Shown one piece after another: positions 1 to 13,279 of a stretch of 64,000 nucleotides of DNA; the first letter of the stretch is position 1; each line of letters opens with the position of its first letter. The stretch comes from Trypanosoma brucei (lineage: Eukaryota). A program made the translations under genes and the position numbers. The notes beneath the pieces are model-generated. The model saw nothing but the letters and a program-made list of their open reading frames with translations, searched no databases and was not told where the DNA came from. The stretch spans positions 2,720,001 to 2,784,000 of the forward strand of contig CM000207.1 of the NCBI GenBank assembly GCA_000002445.1, in the 5' to 3' direction.

Positions 1-479
1 TTGTTCCGCGGTTTGTGCTTGTGCGTACAGCTTTTTTGCCCGTTTTGCCATTTCTGCCGTTGCCAGTCGTTGTGCCGCAGTGTTAGGTTGTGCGGTGAAT
101 GTTTTAATCCAGGTTTGATGGTGTTTGAGCTGTTTCTTCGACTCTTTCCAGAACTGCCAGTCTTCTTCGCTGCCGCCTAACTTATTTTTATTGGCCTGTG
201 GCAATGTCGCCCATTCCTTCTCCGTGTCAATTGCTTGTTGAAAGTCACTTCCCGCTAGACTAATGTTTAGCGCACCCACAACTAGCGCTGTGTCGGTTTT
301 TGTGGTGGCCTCTTGGCCGCCTTTTGTGCACTTAGTCGCTAAGTTGACTAGCATACAGATCGCTTTGTACTGAGCTGTATTGTCGCCTGCAGCTGTGTTA
401 GCTTCCGCTGTGAACAGGTTGGCTGCGGTTAAAAGAAACAGTGTCTTGAATCTTATGAAGGCGCGTTTGGCGTTCGTCA
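1..479 (-). CDS. VSG: VSG, N-terminal part only; gene runs off the window start. Start codon (cat on + strand) at 477..479
   Basis: Reverse-complement translation reads MTNAKRAFIRFKTLFLLTAANLFTAEANTAAGDNTAQYKAICMLVNLATKCTKGGQEATTKTD...: signal peptide plus VSG N-domain style (LC.LV.LA, Cys spacing). A 70-bp repeat lies about 1 kb upstream at 1455..1512. Confidence 0.75.
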
Positions 480-1454
480 TTGCTGATTCTAATAGCAACG
501 CAATAATTCCTTACCGATTTCTTACAGTCGTCTTTTTCACAGTTTGTCACTGTTTCTTCCTATTCACTCAATGAAGAAAGCATCGTGTTTTGTGTTAGAT
601 ATGTAGGGTGCCCAGCAGTTGGCCACATGTATTCAAAACATTGGTATATTAAAGGGGTGCCATCCGGTTGATTCCGGCACTGGCAGTCAGACCGCTGCCT
701 CCATGATTCGTTCTGTTTTGTCAGCCTTTACTTAGTTGAAAAGACACACAGGCTCGAAAGTTACTACATTACATCGCCCAGCTCCATTACATAAATATTT
801 TGCCATTATTGTGTTATCATCATATCTATATCACAGCACAATCACTCACCCACCCATTCCCGTTGTCCCTGAAAGCTAGCCCTATTTTTCACTAGCTGTT
901 CCAAAATTCCCACATGCACTTTATGAGCTGCCGTGCCCAGTATATAATTCATAACATTTGATCCACCACCAGAAAAAAACTACACTTGCAATTATCTTAG
1001 CAGTAACATCTATCTAATTTTGTGTAAAATATGGATCACAACCTCCTCCGGTATCATTTCTTCCTGCGCCTTGCGTCACTGATGTTTTTGTTTTTTATTT
1101 ACTTTCCTTATTTTCTCCTACTGTTTATTTCTGCGCATAACGTAGCGACTCTATTTTCCCTATGCGCTGCACCACGTCTTTCCCTGATTATCCCTATATC
1201 ATAACCTCTTTTTTTCATGAAATCCGTACTCATATCTGTGTTTGAAAATGCACATATTCCATCTCCATCTCCATTTCCCCCCCTCTCTTTCTCTCTCTGT
1301 ATCTTACTACATTCACTCTAAAATAATATTACTCGTGCTCTTCCACTTCGTTTACACACTATCCAAGTCACTGACTTACTCTCGTTGAAACCTTCATATT
1401 GTTTTTGGTTCTTCTGTTTTGGTATTTCATTTGGTTACATCACAACCATTTTGC

Positions 1455-1512
1455 TAATATTAGTATATACACTCACAACACTTTCCTATTATTATAATTT
1501 TTATTATAGTCT
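1455..1512 (-). repeat. VSG-associated 70-bp repeat, single degenerate copy
   Basis: aatattagtatatacactcacaacactttcctattattataattt matches the recurring 70-bp repeat core seen about 15 times in the window, always upstream of a VSG. Confidence 0.6.
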
Positions 1513-1849
1513 CAATTAACATCTATAAAATAAAAAGAAATATGTAAAATTAACTAAATTAGAAGAGCACTTATTTTCACACCACATTACCTTACTTTGT
1601 TACAACATTGTTCCTAGAGGTCACTTTCGTGTGAAAATTGCATATTTTTTTTTGAAAACAATTCATTATTTTTCATATTTCGCAAAGGTTTTAAAAAAGT
1701 GATATAATATGTTAAATTTAGTAACATTTTGTAATTTTCTCAAAATAGTAAATTTCATAAAATTAAGCAAAATCTTTAAAATAGTAGCAAACTTATAAAG
1801 ACAGCAGAAATAATGGCGAAATTATTATTGAAGAAAATAGAGGAATCTT

Positions 1850-3207
1850 TGCAAGTGTTTTCTTCCCATTTGCAATCCGGAGATTTGCATTCTTTTTCTT
1901 GTTACCTTTGCATTTTTCTGCTGCGTTTGTCTGCTCTTTGACTTTAGTTGCGTCTACTTCGCATGATCCATCTGTTTCGGTGTTTCCTTTCCATTTGCAG
2001 TTAGCCTCTGTGCAGGCAGTTTTGTTGTTTTTGTGTTGTTAGCATTCTTTGGCGGTTTTTTTTTCTGGTATGCTGGTTTTTTCTTGCATTTGTTCTCGAG
2101 CTTGTGGTGATTCGCTGTAGATCAGTGATTGAGCTTGTAGCCGTTTTGTTCTTATTCTGTCTGCTGCTTGTTGGCGAACCTGTACTGCTTTTTCGTGGGC
2201 TCTTAGGGCGGTTACTTGGTCGGCTAGCTGATGTAGCCACGGGATGTCTGTGTATTTTTTGCTGCCGTCGCTACCAAGGTCTGTGTATTTTACACACATG
2301 CCGCAGTCTTGGCTTCCCGTGCATTGGCCTTTGTTGTTTTACCAAAGGTCGCCGCTCCGTTTACGCGCATGATTAGTTTTGTGATGTGCAGTAGCTTCGT
2401 TGCGAGTGTATCCGCCGTAATATGGTGTTTTGTCTGTAAGTCACATAGTTTGACTGCTTCAGATATTGCTGCCGCGGCTGGATAGTTACTGCTTCCTGGC
2501 CACGTCTGGGTGGTCCCTGTGACGTACTCACACGCGTTGCCTTCGTTGCTGCCTGCGCCGTTCTGTCTGGTGCATATACATAGCAAAGCTGCTGTGACTG
2601 TTACGGCTTTTTTGTTTTGCGTGCTGCCTTCGCACACTGATTTTGGCCCGGCGACGGTGGCTGCCCCCTTGAAAAGTTTGCTTTCGTCGGAAGGAGCGTC
2701 GCTCCAGGTTTTGTCGCCGTAGAGCGCCGTGTTTAGCTTTTGTTGTAAGGCGCTGTCGTTTAGCAGATTTTCTGTCGGCGCTGCTTTTTGCATGTGTTCG
2801 TTGGTTGCAGTTGCCTCGGCCGCGTGGCGCTGGACAGGTGGGCGGATTGCCGCCTCCTTCTCTGTGGTTATATCTTTTAGCTTGTGCTTTGCCAGTGCAT
2901 CTTGTTGCCCGTCCGGCTTGATGACGTTTAAAGCAGCTGCCTGCCATTTGTTCCATCTTTCTTTCCAGTCCGGGTGTTGCCCGAGCTCGTCGTCTGGGAA
3001 TGCGCGTATTGTCTCCTTGTTGGTTTTGTCTCGGAACAGGTCCAGCCAAGCTTGGTCTGATACGCTCATATTAAGCTCTAGGATGTCGTCCAAATCCGTG
3101 TTCTGAGTTGGGGGCTGAAAGGCTAGTGTTGCCCGCTTGTTCCCTAGTTCAATCAGCCAACAGAGCGCCCATCTCCCTGACGCTGTCATCTTTAGCGATG
3201 TTGGCAA
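1850..3207 (-). pseudogene. VSG: VSG pseudogene, multiply frameshifted
   Basis: ORF 2290..3207(-) has the B-type N-domain motif LDDILELNMSVSDQAW. ORF 2039..2299(-), in another frame, has IPWLHQLADQVTALRAHEKAVQVRQ, homologous to VSG 23722. The C-terminal CKWKG...CKWEENTCKDSS plus GPI signal lies at about 1850..2000 in a third frame. 3'-UTR element at about 1690..1720. Confidence 0.8.
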
Positions 3208-4389
3208 ACGCCCGGCTGGTAATTAAAAGCAATGCCACTTTCACTGAGATTCTAAAAAGCCACCGTGTTGGCATACTCAAATATATCATTTGTCTGACTC
3301 TATCTCAAAATTTCCTGAAAGAGAATGAGCTTAGCGTTGTTGTTTTTAATGAATGTTTCACTGTTTGGTTTGAAAACATGCTGAATTACAGTAGGTGTTT
3401 CCGCGCAGCTGAGCGCTTAGTTTGTAGAATATTGCTGGCTTGTCCCTTATTGCTTTTGGAGAATGTACCATTAAAATCTTGTATGCTGCAGGTAACTACT
3501 GTTTGTAAGATCTAGGTTGCTCGGTGAGTACTTTTAGCCGTTGGTGTATGCTGCTTTTTCTACATTTGTAAGGATGTCACATGCTGCTTCCTTCGACGGT
3601 TCATAGTCTTCGCTAGAATTACGGCTGTGGTTCTTTTTGTGCCTCTGGGAGACTTCTTTCGACCATTCCTTTACTGCTGCCTTTTTTGTTGCTTGTTCCT
3701 GTGTGTCTTGCTGGTGCCTCCATTTTTGTTTTTAGTTAGGAATAAGCTGCGTTCGTCAGGTTGGAATTGAATATTGGATTGAGAACGTCGGCTTTTTGAT
3801 CGAATGTTTTGTCGAGTCCTCAGAGTCGTTTCGCTTGTGCATAAGTATAAATTCAACATGGAGTCGTGAACTCCGCGGTTTTTGGGGCCGTGGTGTTTGC
3901 CTACTCTGTTAGTTTAGGTTTAAACGCAAGGGAGTTTTATATGTTTATTATGTTGCCTTTGAAATATTTTTGAGCGTGTCTGATTTTTTGACTTCGAAGT
4001 AAAGACCGTTTGGTTAAGTTCTGTGTTTGTCTGTGTCTGAAGAAAGTATTTAGTGTCGAACATTTGGCAATGAAGTTTCTTGCGACCTTATGTTTCTGGT
4101 TTTGTCGGTTCAACGTTGTTTAACAGGCGACTTGTTCTTTGTCACCATGTTGTTGTTCGCTGCGGGCCTCTTCGGTCGTTGGCTTGTGCAAGGTTCTGGG
4201 TCGACTGTTCTCGTTACGCGGCCTCACTGGCTGTTGCTAGCACTGGCTATCCGGCGCCGTTGCGTTTTCAGCTGTGGGCTGTTGTTGGCACAAGTAATGG
4301 CTTGTCGGCGGCGGGAATTAAAACGCGCGACACTTTATGAAGAAGGAACAAATTTGTATTCTTTGGCCACTATGCAAAAGACTGCCATA

Positions 4390-5290
4390 TTAGAAGGCCA
4401 ATTTCCCTCGTTTAGCGCAATATAGAGTTTTCTCCAAATATCTAGTGTTAAATTGTTCTCCTTTCAACTCTTTATACCAAGTAAGATTTTTCACAATTAA
4501 CTTTGCTTTCTCCTCCCATGCAATTGGTTGACCCGGAAAATGAATGAATGGGGCTTCGTCAATCACCCCACTATTTGGAATGGAAAATAAATGTTCCTCA
4601 TAATCCAATCCAATCATTCCTCTCTTCAAGACAAATCTCTGTCCAACAGCTTCTTCCTGAATTTCAATCCATATTAACAGAGGCTTTGAAATGCTTTGAT
4701 CCGAACACCACTCCTTACTTCCCTTTAGTAACTCTTCGAATGCATATTCAAATTTCCCAAATGCCCATACTCTTGCTACCAAACCACCACCACTAAGATA
4801 GGGGTTTTCTACTAGGAGGCGATTTCAGCAAATGCGGTAACTTCTTATCCTATTCTTTTCTGTAACCGACATTAAAAAACCAATAGCAATCTCTCTACAT
4901 GCTCTTTGTGATCTGAATTCCTAACCAAATCCAACTGAGGCGCATAACACTCTGATGTTGTCATGAATATAATAGGGGAAATATGCTTCTCTTTTACTAT
5001 ATCTTCTCCACTAAACTTCTCTTCATTTTCAGCAGTATTCTGTATAAAATATTCCACAGAATTTTCATATTTTTCTCCGTAAGAAACAATAACATCAGAT
5101 CCGTCTAAATGAATTAAAATATCCTCATCACTTACATTCTGTTTTTCTAAAAATTCCATAACCCATCTAGGCCTTTTTACATGACTATACAAACCTCCCA
5201 TCGCAATTGTAATAATTTAAACATTGTTTAGTTTGGCACTCAATATGAGCCTACACCATCCTTGAGTTCCATGAGTCGGAACGACAACCA
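4390..5290 (-). pseudogene. GT31-like (beta-1,3-glycosyltransferase-like) family pseudogene, copy A (DxD-less paralog)
   Basis: ORFs 4390..4782 and 4872..5201 plus upstream ...KYPRVFVVVVPTHGTQGWCRLILSAKLNNV. This aligns motif-by-motif with the canonical GT31 copy at 26290..27360 (VVVVQTH~LLIVYAHSPH; IIFMTTSECY~YIMKADDDIF; YISGENIIARV~YVVGYANTISRDV; EEAVGERFV~NEDIMVGKVI). Broken by stops and frameshift. Confidence 0.5.
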
Positions 5291-6049
5291 CAAAGACTCT
5301 CGGATACTTAGTAATATTATGTGTTATATTTTCCCTGTATGATGTTGAAGAGGCATTGATCTTAAACACAAAAAATGTAAGAGCAGCGGTAAGAGTAAAG
5401 TTCTCGAGTTACTAAATTTTATGACTTAATTTACCTTTTAAATTTCAGAGAGTTGTAGGAGAATCATAGAAAACTTATGAAAAGAGTTAAGATTAACCAA
5501 TAATGTGGTTAGTTAAGGCAACGCTGTGTAGGTATATTGTCAATTGTTCCATATTGTTATGATAGATGTGTTTATGATTGTATGCTTAGTGTCTGCACTT
5601 CGTTTTTTTAGTGCGCATACATTGTTTTTCTATTTAGCTTCAACCACACAAAGACCTTTACGCTAAATGCTTTCATCTATTCAGTAGACTCACTTTTCCA
5701 CTCCATGCATTGTCATATGAATGAAAATAGCTAGTTGTTATGGTTATTGGTTCAGAAATACTAAGATTTCTGCTGGTGGATGCGTTACCTCCAACAATCA
5801 TCTACTTTTATCATGCACTTTCTATCACTTTGGATACGTCAGAGGTTCCATTTTCACTGAGCCTGGACTCTGTTTCTTCCATATTGTCCTTCCATTATCT
5901 TGTTTATTATAATTCCAATATTAATATTTGTTTTTGAAACTGTGCATTTTCCATTTCTTTCTCTTTATCTGCATTTTTTCTTTCTTGTGAAAATATTCCT
6001 GTTCCTCTTGCACTCACTCATGCTCACTTATACTCACTCAGTTTACTCC

Positions 6050-6250
6050 CTTTCCATTGTAGTAAGTGATTTTATTTTGTATTATTATCATTATCATTAA
6101 TACTTTTATGAAAATAGTAGCTTATACATACTCACAAAACCTTTTTCCAAAAATAATTATTATCATCTTTTTTCTTTACAGTTACTATTATTACCATTAG
6201 TCTATCCTAGTATCCATGAAATAAACGGAATAAATCATATTATAATAGAA
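6050..6250 (-). repeat. degenerate 70-bp-repeat-like sequence
   Basis: tattattatcattatcattaatac...cttatacatactcacaaaacc has weak similarity to the 70-bp repeat core. It lies upstream of VSG pseudogene 1850..3207 and the GT31-like copy. Confidence 0.3.
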
Positions 6251-6374
6251 TTCATTTTTTCATATCCTATCACTCTGATACTTTATATCTATATGCTAGC
6301 ATTGCGCACATTGCCAAAATTTTTATATTTTCATAGTTCTTGAGTTTTTGAAAATTTGCACATTTCATCAAAAA

Positions 6375-6390
6375 GTGTTAAAATATATCA
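6375..6390 (-). promoter_or_regulatory. VSG 3'-UTR conserved 16-mer (TGATATATTTTAACAC)
   Basis: Exact reverse complement gtgttaaaatatatca on + strand, immediately 3' of the VSG fragment at 6470..7790. Variants of this element recur 3' of every VSG here (for example 13679..13694, 34911..34925, 46135..46149, 57601..57616, 62945..62959). Confidence 0.7.
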
Positions 6391-6469
6391 AATGTTAGTA
6401 AGATTTACGAAATTCTCTCAAAATATCAAATTTTCATCTGTCTAATAAATTTGAGCAAAAATTCTCAAA

Positions 6470-7790
6470 ATGCTACAAAACTCAAAAGAGCAGCCCCATC
6501 ACAGCCAATTTCTTATTGATGATGAAACTGGAATCTTTGCACTTGTTATCTTCCCATTTGCAGCCGGGAACTTCGGTGCTGGTATCCTCCGCTTTACCTG
6601 CATATTTATCCTCTTTCTTTTCTTACGCTTTCGCTCCCTCTTTAGCTTCGCACTTTCCATCTTTGTCTGTTCCTTTTCATACACAGGGCTCATTGCACTA
6701 ACGTTTACCCTTGTAATCGCATTCTTTATCTGCTTGCGTGTTTGTATTACTTTTTTAACCACCTCCGTTGCTGCTGCTGTCTCCGGACACATTTTTCTTG
6801 CGCTGGGGATCAGTGTTTTTGACTAAGTGAGAAGTTTTCTCTTTCTCTTGTTTTTGTATTCGGTGCCGTCCCGCATTGATGCCAGCGCTGTTTGTAGCTG
6901 TTGAAGTTGTGCCTCTTCCACGTCGTAGTTGACCGCTGGATCGTTGGTGTCTAAAAGTGATTTTTGTACTTGGAGTTTGCCTGTTATTTTTGGTGTCTAC
7001 CTTGAGCAATTGCGTTGCCATCCTTGAAGGGTCTGCGAGTTGCTGTTCTAGTAGCGTCATTTTTGCTTTACAGTGCCCGAAATCAGTGCCATCTACTGTT
7101 TGTTTGCCATGGTGGGGCCAGTCCGTGTGAGTGGCTTCTGCGGAGTGGATGACTTTAAACAGGCCGTTTCCACACAGCGTGTCTTTGTGATTGTCATTTT
7201 CTGCGTAAGATTCGCCACCATTGCTGCCATATTGTGTTAGCATGCAGCCTTTGTTAGTCGCTGTCTGAAAGTCTGCCTGTGTGCCCATGGCTGTTTTGAA
7301 CGCACCGTCGTATTTTTTTGCGTGTTTAGAGTCTTTTCCGCAAATGTAGTTAGTTTTCCGCTCTCTTCTAGGCAGCCTGCTAGTTTATTGTTTCCTTTGT
7401 GGTTGTATGCTGCCCTTCCTTTGTCGATGCAGTAGTTGGTCGATCCAATTGCTGCCTTGAATATGCCGACAAAATTGTCTATTCTGCCTGCGAACAAATT
7501 GCACGTTGCGGCTGCGTAGACTGCTGTTTCAGCATTTGTGTGGAGTGTTTTTATCATGGTCGTTGTTGTCCTCTTAACTGCCAGGGATATTATCTGCAAC
7601 CATTCAGAACCGTTCATGTGGTCTTCTGTTACCAGCATTTGCAGGTCGCCGTCTAAGTTCTGAAGTCTCTGTATTACACCCACGTAGCTGGTTAGAATGG
7701 ACGCCACTTTAATGGTTAAGCTTTTTAGTTCGCTGTTGAAGGCTCAAATTTTCGTCATGTCCGCGATCCTACGAACTTCCTTGTACCCCG
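6470..7790 (-). pseudogene. VSG: VSG pseudogene (A-type N-domain; no recognisable signal peptide; frameshifts)
   Basis: ORF 7237..7707(-) has FAGRIDNFVGIFKAAIGSTNYCIDKG. ORFs 6755..7288(-) and 6499..6792(-) continue in other frames. The GPI signal and 3' end are at about 6470..6560 (reverse complement ...gattgcaaatgggaagataacaagtgcaaagattccagtttcatcatc...). Confidence 0.7.
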
Positions 7791-8959
7791 TGGCAGTGTT
7801 CGAAAAAACACTGACCACTAAAAATATCACCTTCATTTGTTGACCGTGGATCAAACTTCTGCCAGCTCCAGTTTCGTTCATTCTGCATTCCTATATACGG
7901 GCTGCCTTACTTTAAGAAGATTAGGGTTTAAAATTACGAGTTTCAGCTACGGTAGATGTATACTTGTTTTGCCGGATCATCTCCCGTGCACGCTGACCTC
8001 CATTCATATCGTAGAGGCTGCCGCCGCGAGGTTTACCGCTGTGGGATGACAACATTGAGCAAGGTGGTGCTTAACCTCCGATTGAGTCGCTGCTTTTGAC
8101 AATCTTCAGAAGAGTTTCCTAGTTTCCCGTTAAGTTTGTCGTTACGCCGGCTTTGTGTAGAGTTTTAGGTCGGTTGAATGTTTTTTGCTATTGATCGTAC
8201 TACACTGTTAAGTTGTTTGTTTCTGTTTACAGGGGTTACTAGTAGTAGTAACAAAAGGGTATGTATACGTCGTGAGGTTTTCCGAGCGCTGCACCGCAAA
8301 ACATGGTACTCTTTCTGATTGATCTTGAACTCAGAGTTATATGTCTAATTTATGCCCGCGTACAATAGCCAAATAAGCTTACCAAGTCATCTATAAAAAG
8401 TCCTGCGTCATCGGTTGATAACACCTAAACAAAATACCCCACATTTATTATATACACTGCGTGCCCTTGACACACTGTCTTATATAAGTATTAGCAATCA
8501 GATTTAAAAACGCTTGACGTCACCGTCTCTGCAGTAGAATCTATACATTTTTAAGTGTAATATTTGAAATAATCCGCTCCTTCTGATATCATATTTTTTC
8601 TGTTTGGTGATACTACGTATCTCGTTCCTCCACTATGTATTTTTTGCTTTCTTTTACCCTTTTTCGTTCCTTCTCCGGATAACGTACCGACGGCATTTGG
8701 TCTTTACTATGAACTCTGTCTCCTCCACCTTGAACCCACCATCGTCTCCTTCTGTATAATGATGCCTATCGTTACGCTTTCTTGAAACGACACATATTCT
8801 ATATCCCTCACTATCCTTCCACCTCTCCATTAATCATATTCTTCTTACCCCCTCTCACTTCCTCTCTTGCTTACTGTCCCAGTCAATCACATAATCTGAT
8901 TGTATACTTGCAATTGCTTTAATTTCTTCTATTTTGCCGTAGATTTAGCCTTGATCACT

Positions 8960-9035
8960 ACTATTATTATAATATTCGTATATGCACACTTACAACAATT
9001 TCCTATCATTATCAATATTATAACCCTAACCCAAC
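8960..9035 (-). repeat. 70-bp repeat (single copy)
   Basis: ctattattataatattcgtatatgcacacttacaacaatttcctatcattatcaatattataaccctaac. Confidence 0.7.
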
Positions 9036-9289
9036 AAACATCCATAAAATAAACAAATTAGAATAGCACTCATTTTCCATCCCCTTTCACCCTCCGGCTT
9101 TGCATCCACAGGTCAGTATCATACGAAATTTTCATATTTTAAAGGTTTTCAATATCTTCATATTTTTCATTAATTTGTACATTTTAATAAAAAAGTTAAA
9201 ATTTAGTAAATTTCCTCCAAATAGAAAATTTTACAAACTTTAGTAAAACGTTTTTGAAAACTTAATTATAGAAACAAAACTTCAAGCAA

Positions 9290-10756
9290 AAGATGGGCCT
9301 TATGAACGACAAAAGAATTTCTTCCTGTGGTGTTTGTGTTTTTTCATCATTCCCTTCTTTTTCTGCTTCTTTTATTACTTCCTTTTGGTTTCCTCACTTA
9401 ATGTGCACTTCTTTTTGCCATCTTCTTCTTCAACAACTTTGCATGGGGGTGTACATTTATTCCCTGGCCCCTTCTTCTCACAAGTTGCGTCTGTTTCTGT
9501 TATTTTTCTGGTTACTGTGTTGTTTTTTTTGCTATTTCTTCCTGCAATTGCTTTCCCAAGTTTTCAAAGGTTTCCTCGTTTTTTATGTGTCTGAGAAGCA
9601 AACTTTTTCTCATGTCTTCGGGGTTGCTGTTAGTTTTTATTTTTTTCTGCCGTCTTGTCAGCTTGGACCTGTGTTACGGGGAGGCTGTCTATTTTGGTTT
9701 TTATCTTTTCGGCCTTGTTCTTAGAGTCCCCTGCTACGCTGTCTAGCAAGGCGGCTGTCCCATAGTCGTTTTTGCTAGTTTTGTCCGTTAGTTTGGCGCC
9801 TTTCCGGACGCTTGTTATAAGCTGAGCTTCCTTGCCTTTGCCGATTACGTGAGCTAGTATTTCGTCCTTTGTTTGGCCGCAGCCGTCATACTCGGCTTTG
9901 ATTAGATGTCCGATGGCATTGAACAATTTTTCTGGTGCTGTTTGTGGATTTTTGTTTCCCAGTCTGTTCCGAGGGTGTCTAACTTGAGGGTGTTTATTGC
10001 TGTGGTTGCGTGGTTGTTGTGAGCAGTTACTGTTAGAAACCCAAACATGACCGGAGTTTCTGGTGGCGATGGCCTTTGCCAGAGTTCGGATGTTGCTGAG
10101 CCTGCGCTGACAGCTTTTAGCAGTCTGCATTTTGTGCTCGCTTGCGCGTTCGAACCGTCGCCGTTTGAGCTTAACTCCTTATAGCCTGTCTTGTCCAGCA
10201 CCTCTGTGTTGGTCCCTGCTGTTGGTGTAATGTCGGCTGTTGACGTTGGTGTGCAACCCAGGCGAGTATTGGCGTTGGTTCCGCTTGGGTTGCCGCCCAC
10301 TGCAGCCAGGCAAGTGCCTGTGGTGCCTCCTGTGGAAACAGCTATTAAGAAGTCGACGAATTCGTTTATCGCTCCTGTTGCCTTGCCCGCGTTAACTGTC
10401 GCCAATAAAGCCACCTTCTGCAGCTCTTCTAGTTCTGCTGCTGCTGCAGCCCCACAGGTTCCTGCAGCGGCCGCAGCTGCCTTGTAGAGTGTTGACGCAT
10501 TGGCATCGTCCTCTGCTTCGGCTGCCAGAAAAACGATCAGCTCCGCCTCATAAGCAGCTTTGATTTCCTTTATGAGAGCCTCTTGCTTTTGTAGTGCTAC
10601 TGAAGATATTTTGTCGAGCTCAGTTGCGACCCTGCAAATCTTTTGTACCTCCGCTTCGTCAAACGCCTTGGCCGACGGCTCCGCAAGTTGAACCGCTGTC
10701 GCTAGCGTTGCCATTAGGCCTATGTATGTTCGCACCACTGGCTTTGAGCTTATCAT
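9290..10756 (-). pseudogene. VSG: VSG pseudogene (frameshifted)
   Basis: ORF 9902..10756(-) starts MISSKPVVRTYIGLMATLATAVQLAEPSAKA (signal peptide) with an A-type N-domain. ORF 9630..10130(-) overlaps in a second frame. The C-terminus and GPI signal at about 9290..9420 are in a third frame. 3'-UTR at 9060..9290. Confidence 0.8.
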
Positions 10757-12424
10757 TATTTTTTCTATTTCTGGCTTATTGTTCGTTGTGTGTTTGGCTA
10801 TGTAATAGCTGCGACACGATGGTTCTTAGATTGGCACGGTGACGTTGTTTCTTCTGTTTTTCTGGCTTATTATCGTTCAGTTGGGAAAAGGTTATTAGAC
10901 TCTGTTTGCAGCTTGTGGAGTGCAGCCCACGCCGCCGCTACAGCTGCTGATAAGCTCGATATATTCGGCTGTCAACGCTTTTCAGAAGCAGCCTGCTGTG
11001 CCACCGAAACCGCATTCTGGTAGCTGCTTTCTTATGCGATCACTTAAATTTACCGTCTTGAATTAAAAAATTTACTAACATCAATTATTTCATGTCCAGC
11101 CTCCATCCAAAATTTTTCCATATTTACCAACACAATATTGGATATCGATTCAAAATTATATCTAAAGCACTCTCCTTGTTTCTTCTCTGCACATTGTGAT
11201 TGCATATACCTCCTTATTTTTTATAGTTGTGATTAAATGTATTAAAACTTCTTCTCGGTCAGGTTTCTGACTATTCCAACCATATTTGACACTCAGAATC
11301 TCACCGTTAAAAAATTTCTTGTACTAGTGCTGCAAACATCTGCGTTATTTTCCGCGTCAATTTTGTTTAAAGGTAGTTTGTAGATCTGTCAAATTTGCTA
11401 TCGATCGCCTCTTTGCCTCGCGTTCTCGAAGTATTGCAGCTGACAGCCTGTCGACTAAAGTTGGTACTAACATTGCTACGCACGGCATCAGTCGCCCTGA
11501 CGCAGATCCTTGGCTTTCGCTGCTTCTTCAGACTTTGTGGTTGCAAATCTTTTAACACAAAGAGTTTTTAACAAGTACAAACTAACACTAGCTCTTAGTT
11601 GTATTCGTCTCCCCTACTTACTTTCTTCTTTCTCACTTAACGATACAGAAAGCTGCAGGGTCCAGAAATACATATGGGAAGTCGATGCTATTTACTGTTT
11701 CCTTACTGGGTGATTCGAACCACTTGCACTTTTCCATGTTTTTTAGCTTCTAACATGCCAAATCTGCAGCTTAGACTTGCTTTTTACATTTTGGATGCTA
11801 ATACAGAAAATAAAGAAATGTTTGCGCCCATACAATACCTTGCCGATTTGGCTACGTCTCAAAACAACGAAGACTCAGTGTTTCCACACTATCTTCTCAT
11901 TCAAAAACGCTTTGATCACCGATATACCATGCCGGTTTTGACTCATTCTTTTATCTGCTTCTATTTTTACTAATTTAGCGCTACTTTTGTTTCTTTCTGT
12001 AAGTTCAACTGTGGCCATTGTACGCTTGCCTCTGAATACACTTTCTAGCTGTCGTTAATACAGGTACCACAAGCACTTTAAGATGAGTTATACGCTCTTT
12101 ATCTCGTCAATTACCTCCAATGTTGCTATAAGGTACAAAGGTATTATATTCCTTATTTTCCTTTCTTCCTTTCCGCTTTCTGTCACTGTTTCTACAGATT
12201 CCGTAGTTACTCTCCTTAGCTTATACACTGGAATTCGACTCTCCCTGATTATTCTTTCTACAATCTAGTTATGTATAATAATATCCATAATCATGTTTGA
12301 GCATGAACTGCCTATATTTCATCTCCTCATTCTCCTCTTCACTCTTCTACTTACTCCCATTGCATCCTTGGAATTTTTAAAAATGTTTCTATTTATCGAA
12401 TCCACTTCGTACTCTCATTATTGC

Positions 12425-12660
12425 TCTCATTATAATATTCGTATATACACACTCACAACACTCTTCTATCATTATCATCATCATTATTATTATTATTATT
12501 ACTGCTCTTATTATAATATTCGTATAGACACACACTCACAAGACTCTCCTATCATTATCATCATTATTATTATTATTATTATTACTGCTCTTATTATAAT
12601 ATTCGTATAGACACACACTCACAAGACTCTCCTATCATTATCATCATTATAGCCCTAACT
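12425..12660 (-). repeat. 70-bp repeat array (about 3 tandem copies)
   Basis: Tandem copies of cattataatattcgtataGacacacactcacaagactctcctatcattatcatcattattattattattattactgctctt. Confidence 0.85.
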
Positions 12661-12809
12661 AATTTGCATTAATAAAAAAATACAAGAAAAGTTAGAATAT
12701 CACTCATTTTCACATTTTCATCAGAAAGTGTAAAGGTATATAAAGTTCAGATAAATTTATAAATTTTATATAATCAAGAAAAGATTTTAAAAATTGTTGA
12801 ATGCTACAA

Positions 12810-13060
12810 AAATAGTAAAAGCAGCAGCCGTCAGAGCCGATTTGTTATTTACAAGTAAACTAGAATCACTTCAAGCTTTATTATTCCATTTGAAGTTATT
12901 GCCCTTTTGTACAGGCATCCGATGTAATGTGGCTAGTGCAGTTGCAGTTGCAGTTGTTTTATCCCCGTCTTTCTTTTCTCCTGTCTCGCCTCCTGTATTT
13001 TTTCTCTCCTTCTTGTTTTACCCCTTCTGCAGCTGTTGTTAGCTTTTCCATTTTTTGAAC
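12810..13060 (-). pseudogene. VSG: VSG 3'-end fragment (C-terminal domain remnant plus GPI signal)
   Basis: + strand gctacaaaaatagtaaaagcagcagccgtcagagccgatttgttatttacaagtaaactagaatcacttcaagc... is the reverse complement of a VSG C-terminus and GPI signal. Flanked by 70-bp repeats on one side and a telomere-like tract on the other. Confidence 0.55.
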
Positions 13061-13279
13061 ATAGTAGTAAGCCATTGCCTTACCGAGGTTGTTCTTGTTT
13101 CAATGCTTGCCAGCGCTAAAAAAACGGCGGTGCAGCGCCATAGGCCACACACCAGGGTCTTTAAAAAAAGTTTGAAGCCTGTCCCTACGAAACGTTCAGA
13201 GGCGAAATTAGCGAAAGCTACAAGAGTACAATTGTAACAATGTGGGAATAAAATTAGTATGAGAAAAATTTAAGCGAGG

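Noticed and set aside
2104-2376. Numerous short + strand ORFs (L/F/S/C-rich) overlapping minus-strand VSGs (for example 2104..2376, 9293..9724, 10191..10487, 40486..40731, 43631..44083)
   Set aside because: These are antisense reading frames of VSG coding sequence. They have no start context, no conservation between copies independent of the VSG, and low-complexity composition.
11100-12400. ORFs 11510..11713, 11674..11973, 12083..12268 as possible genes
   Set aside because: Short, low complexity, and without recognisable motifs or repeated paralogs in the window. Treated as non-coding co-transposed spacer.
12293-12610. ORF encoding HYHHHYYYYYY…IIIIIIIIII
   Set aside because: This is a translation artefact of the 70-bp repeat (TAA/TTA triplet runs). 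The same applies to ORFs 25340..25573, 19020..19493 (poly-Leu tail), 45731..45991 and 62516..62782.
12425-12660. Possible CRISPR array (regularly spaced repeats)
   Set aside because: The repeats are the eukaryotic VSG 70-bp repeat with TAA runs. They are contiguous, without unique spacers, and the locus is trypanosomal.
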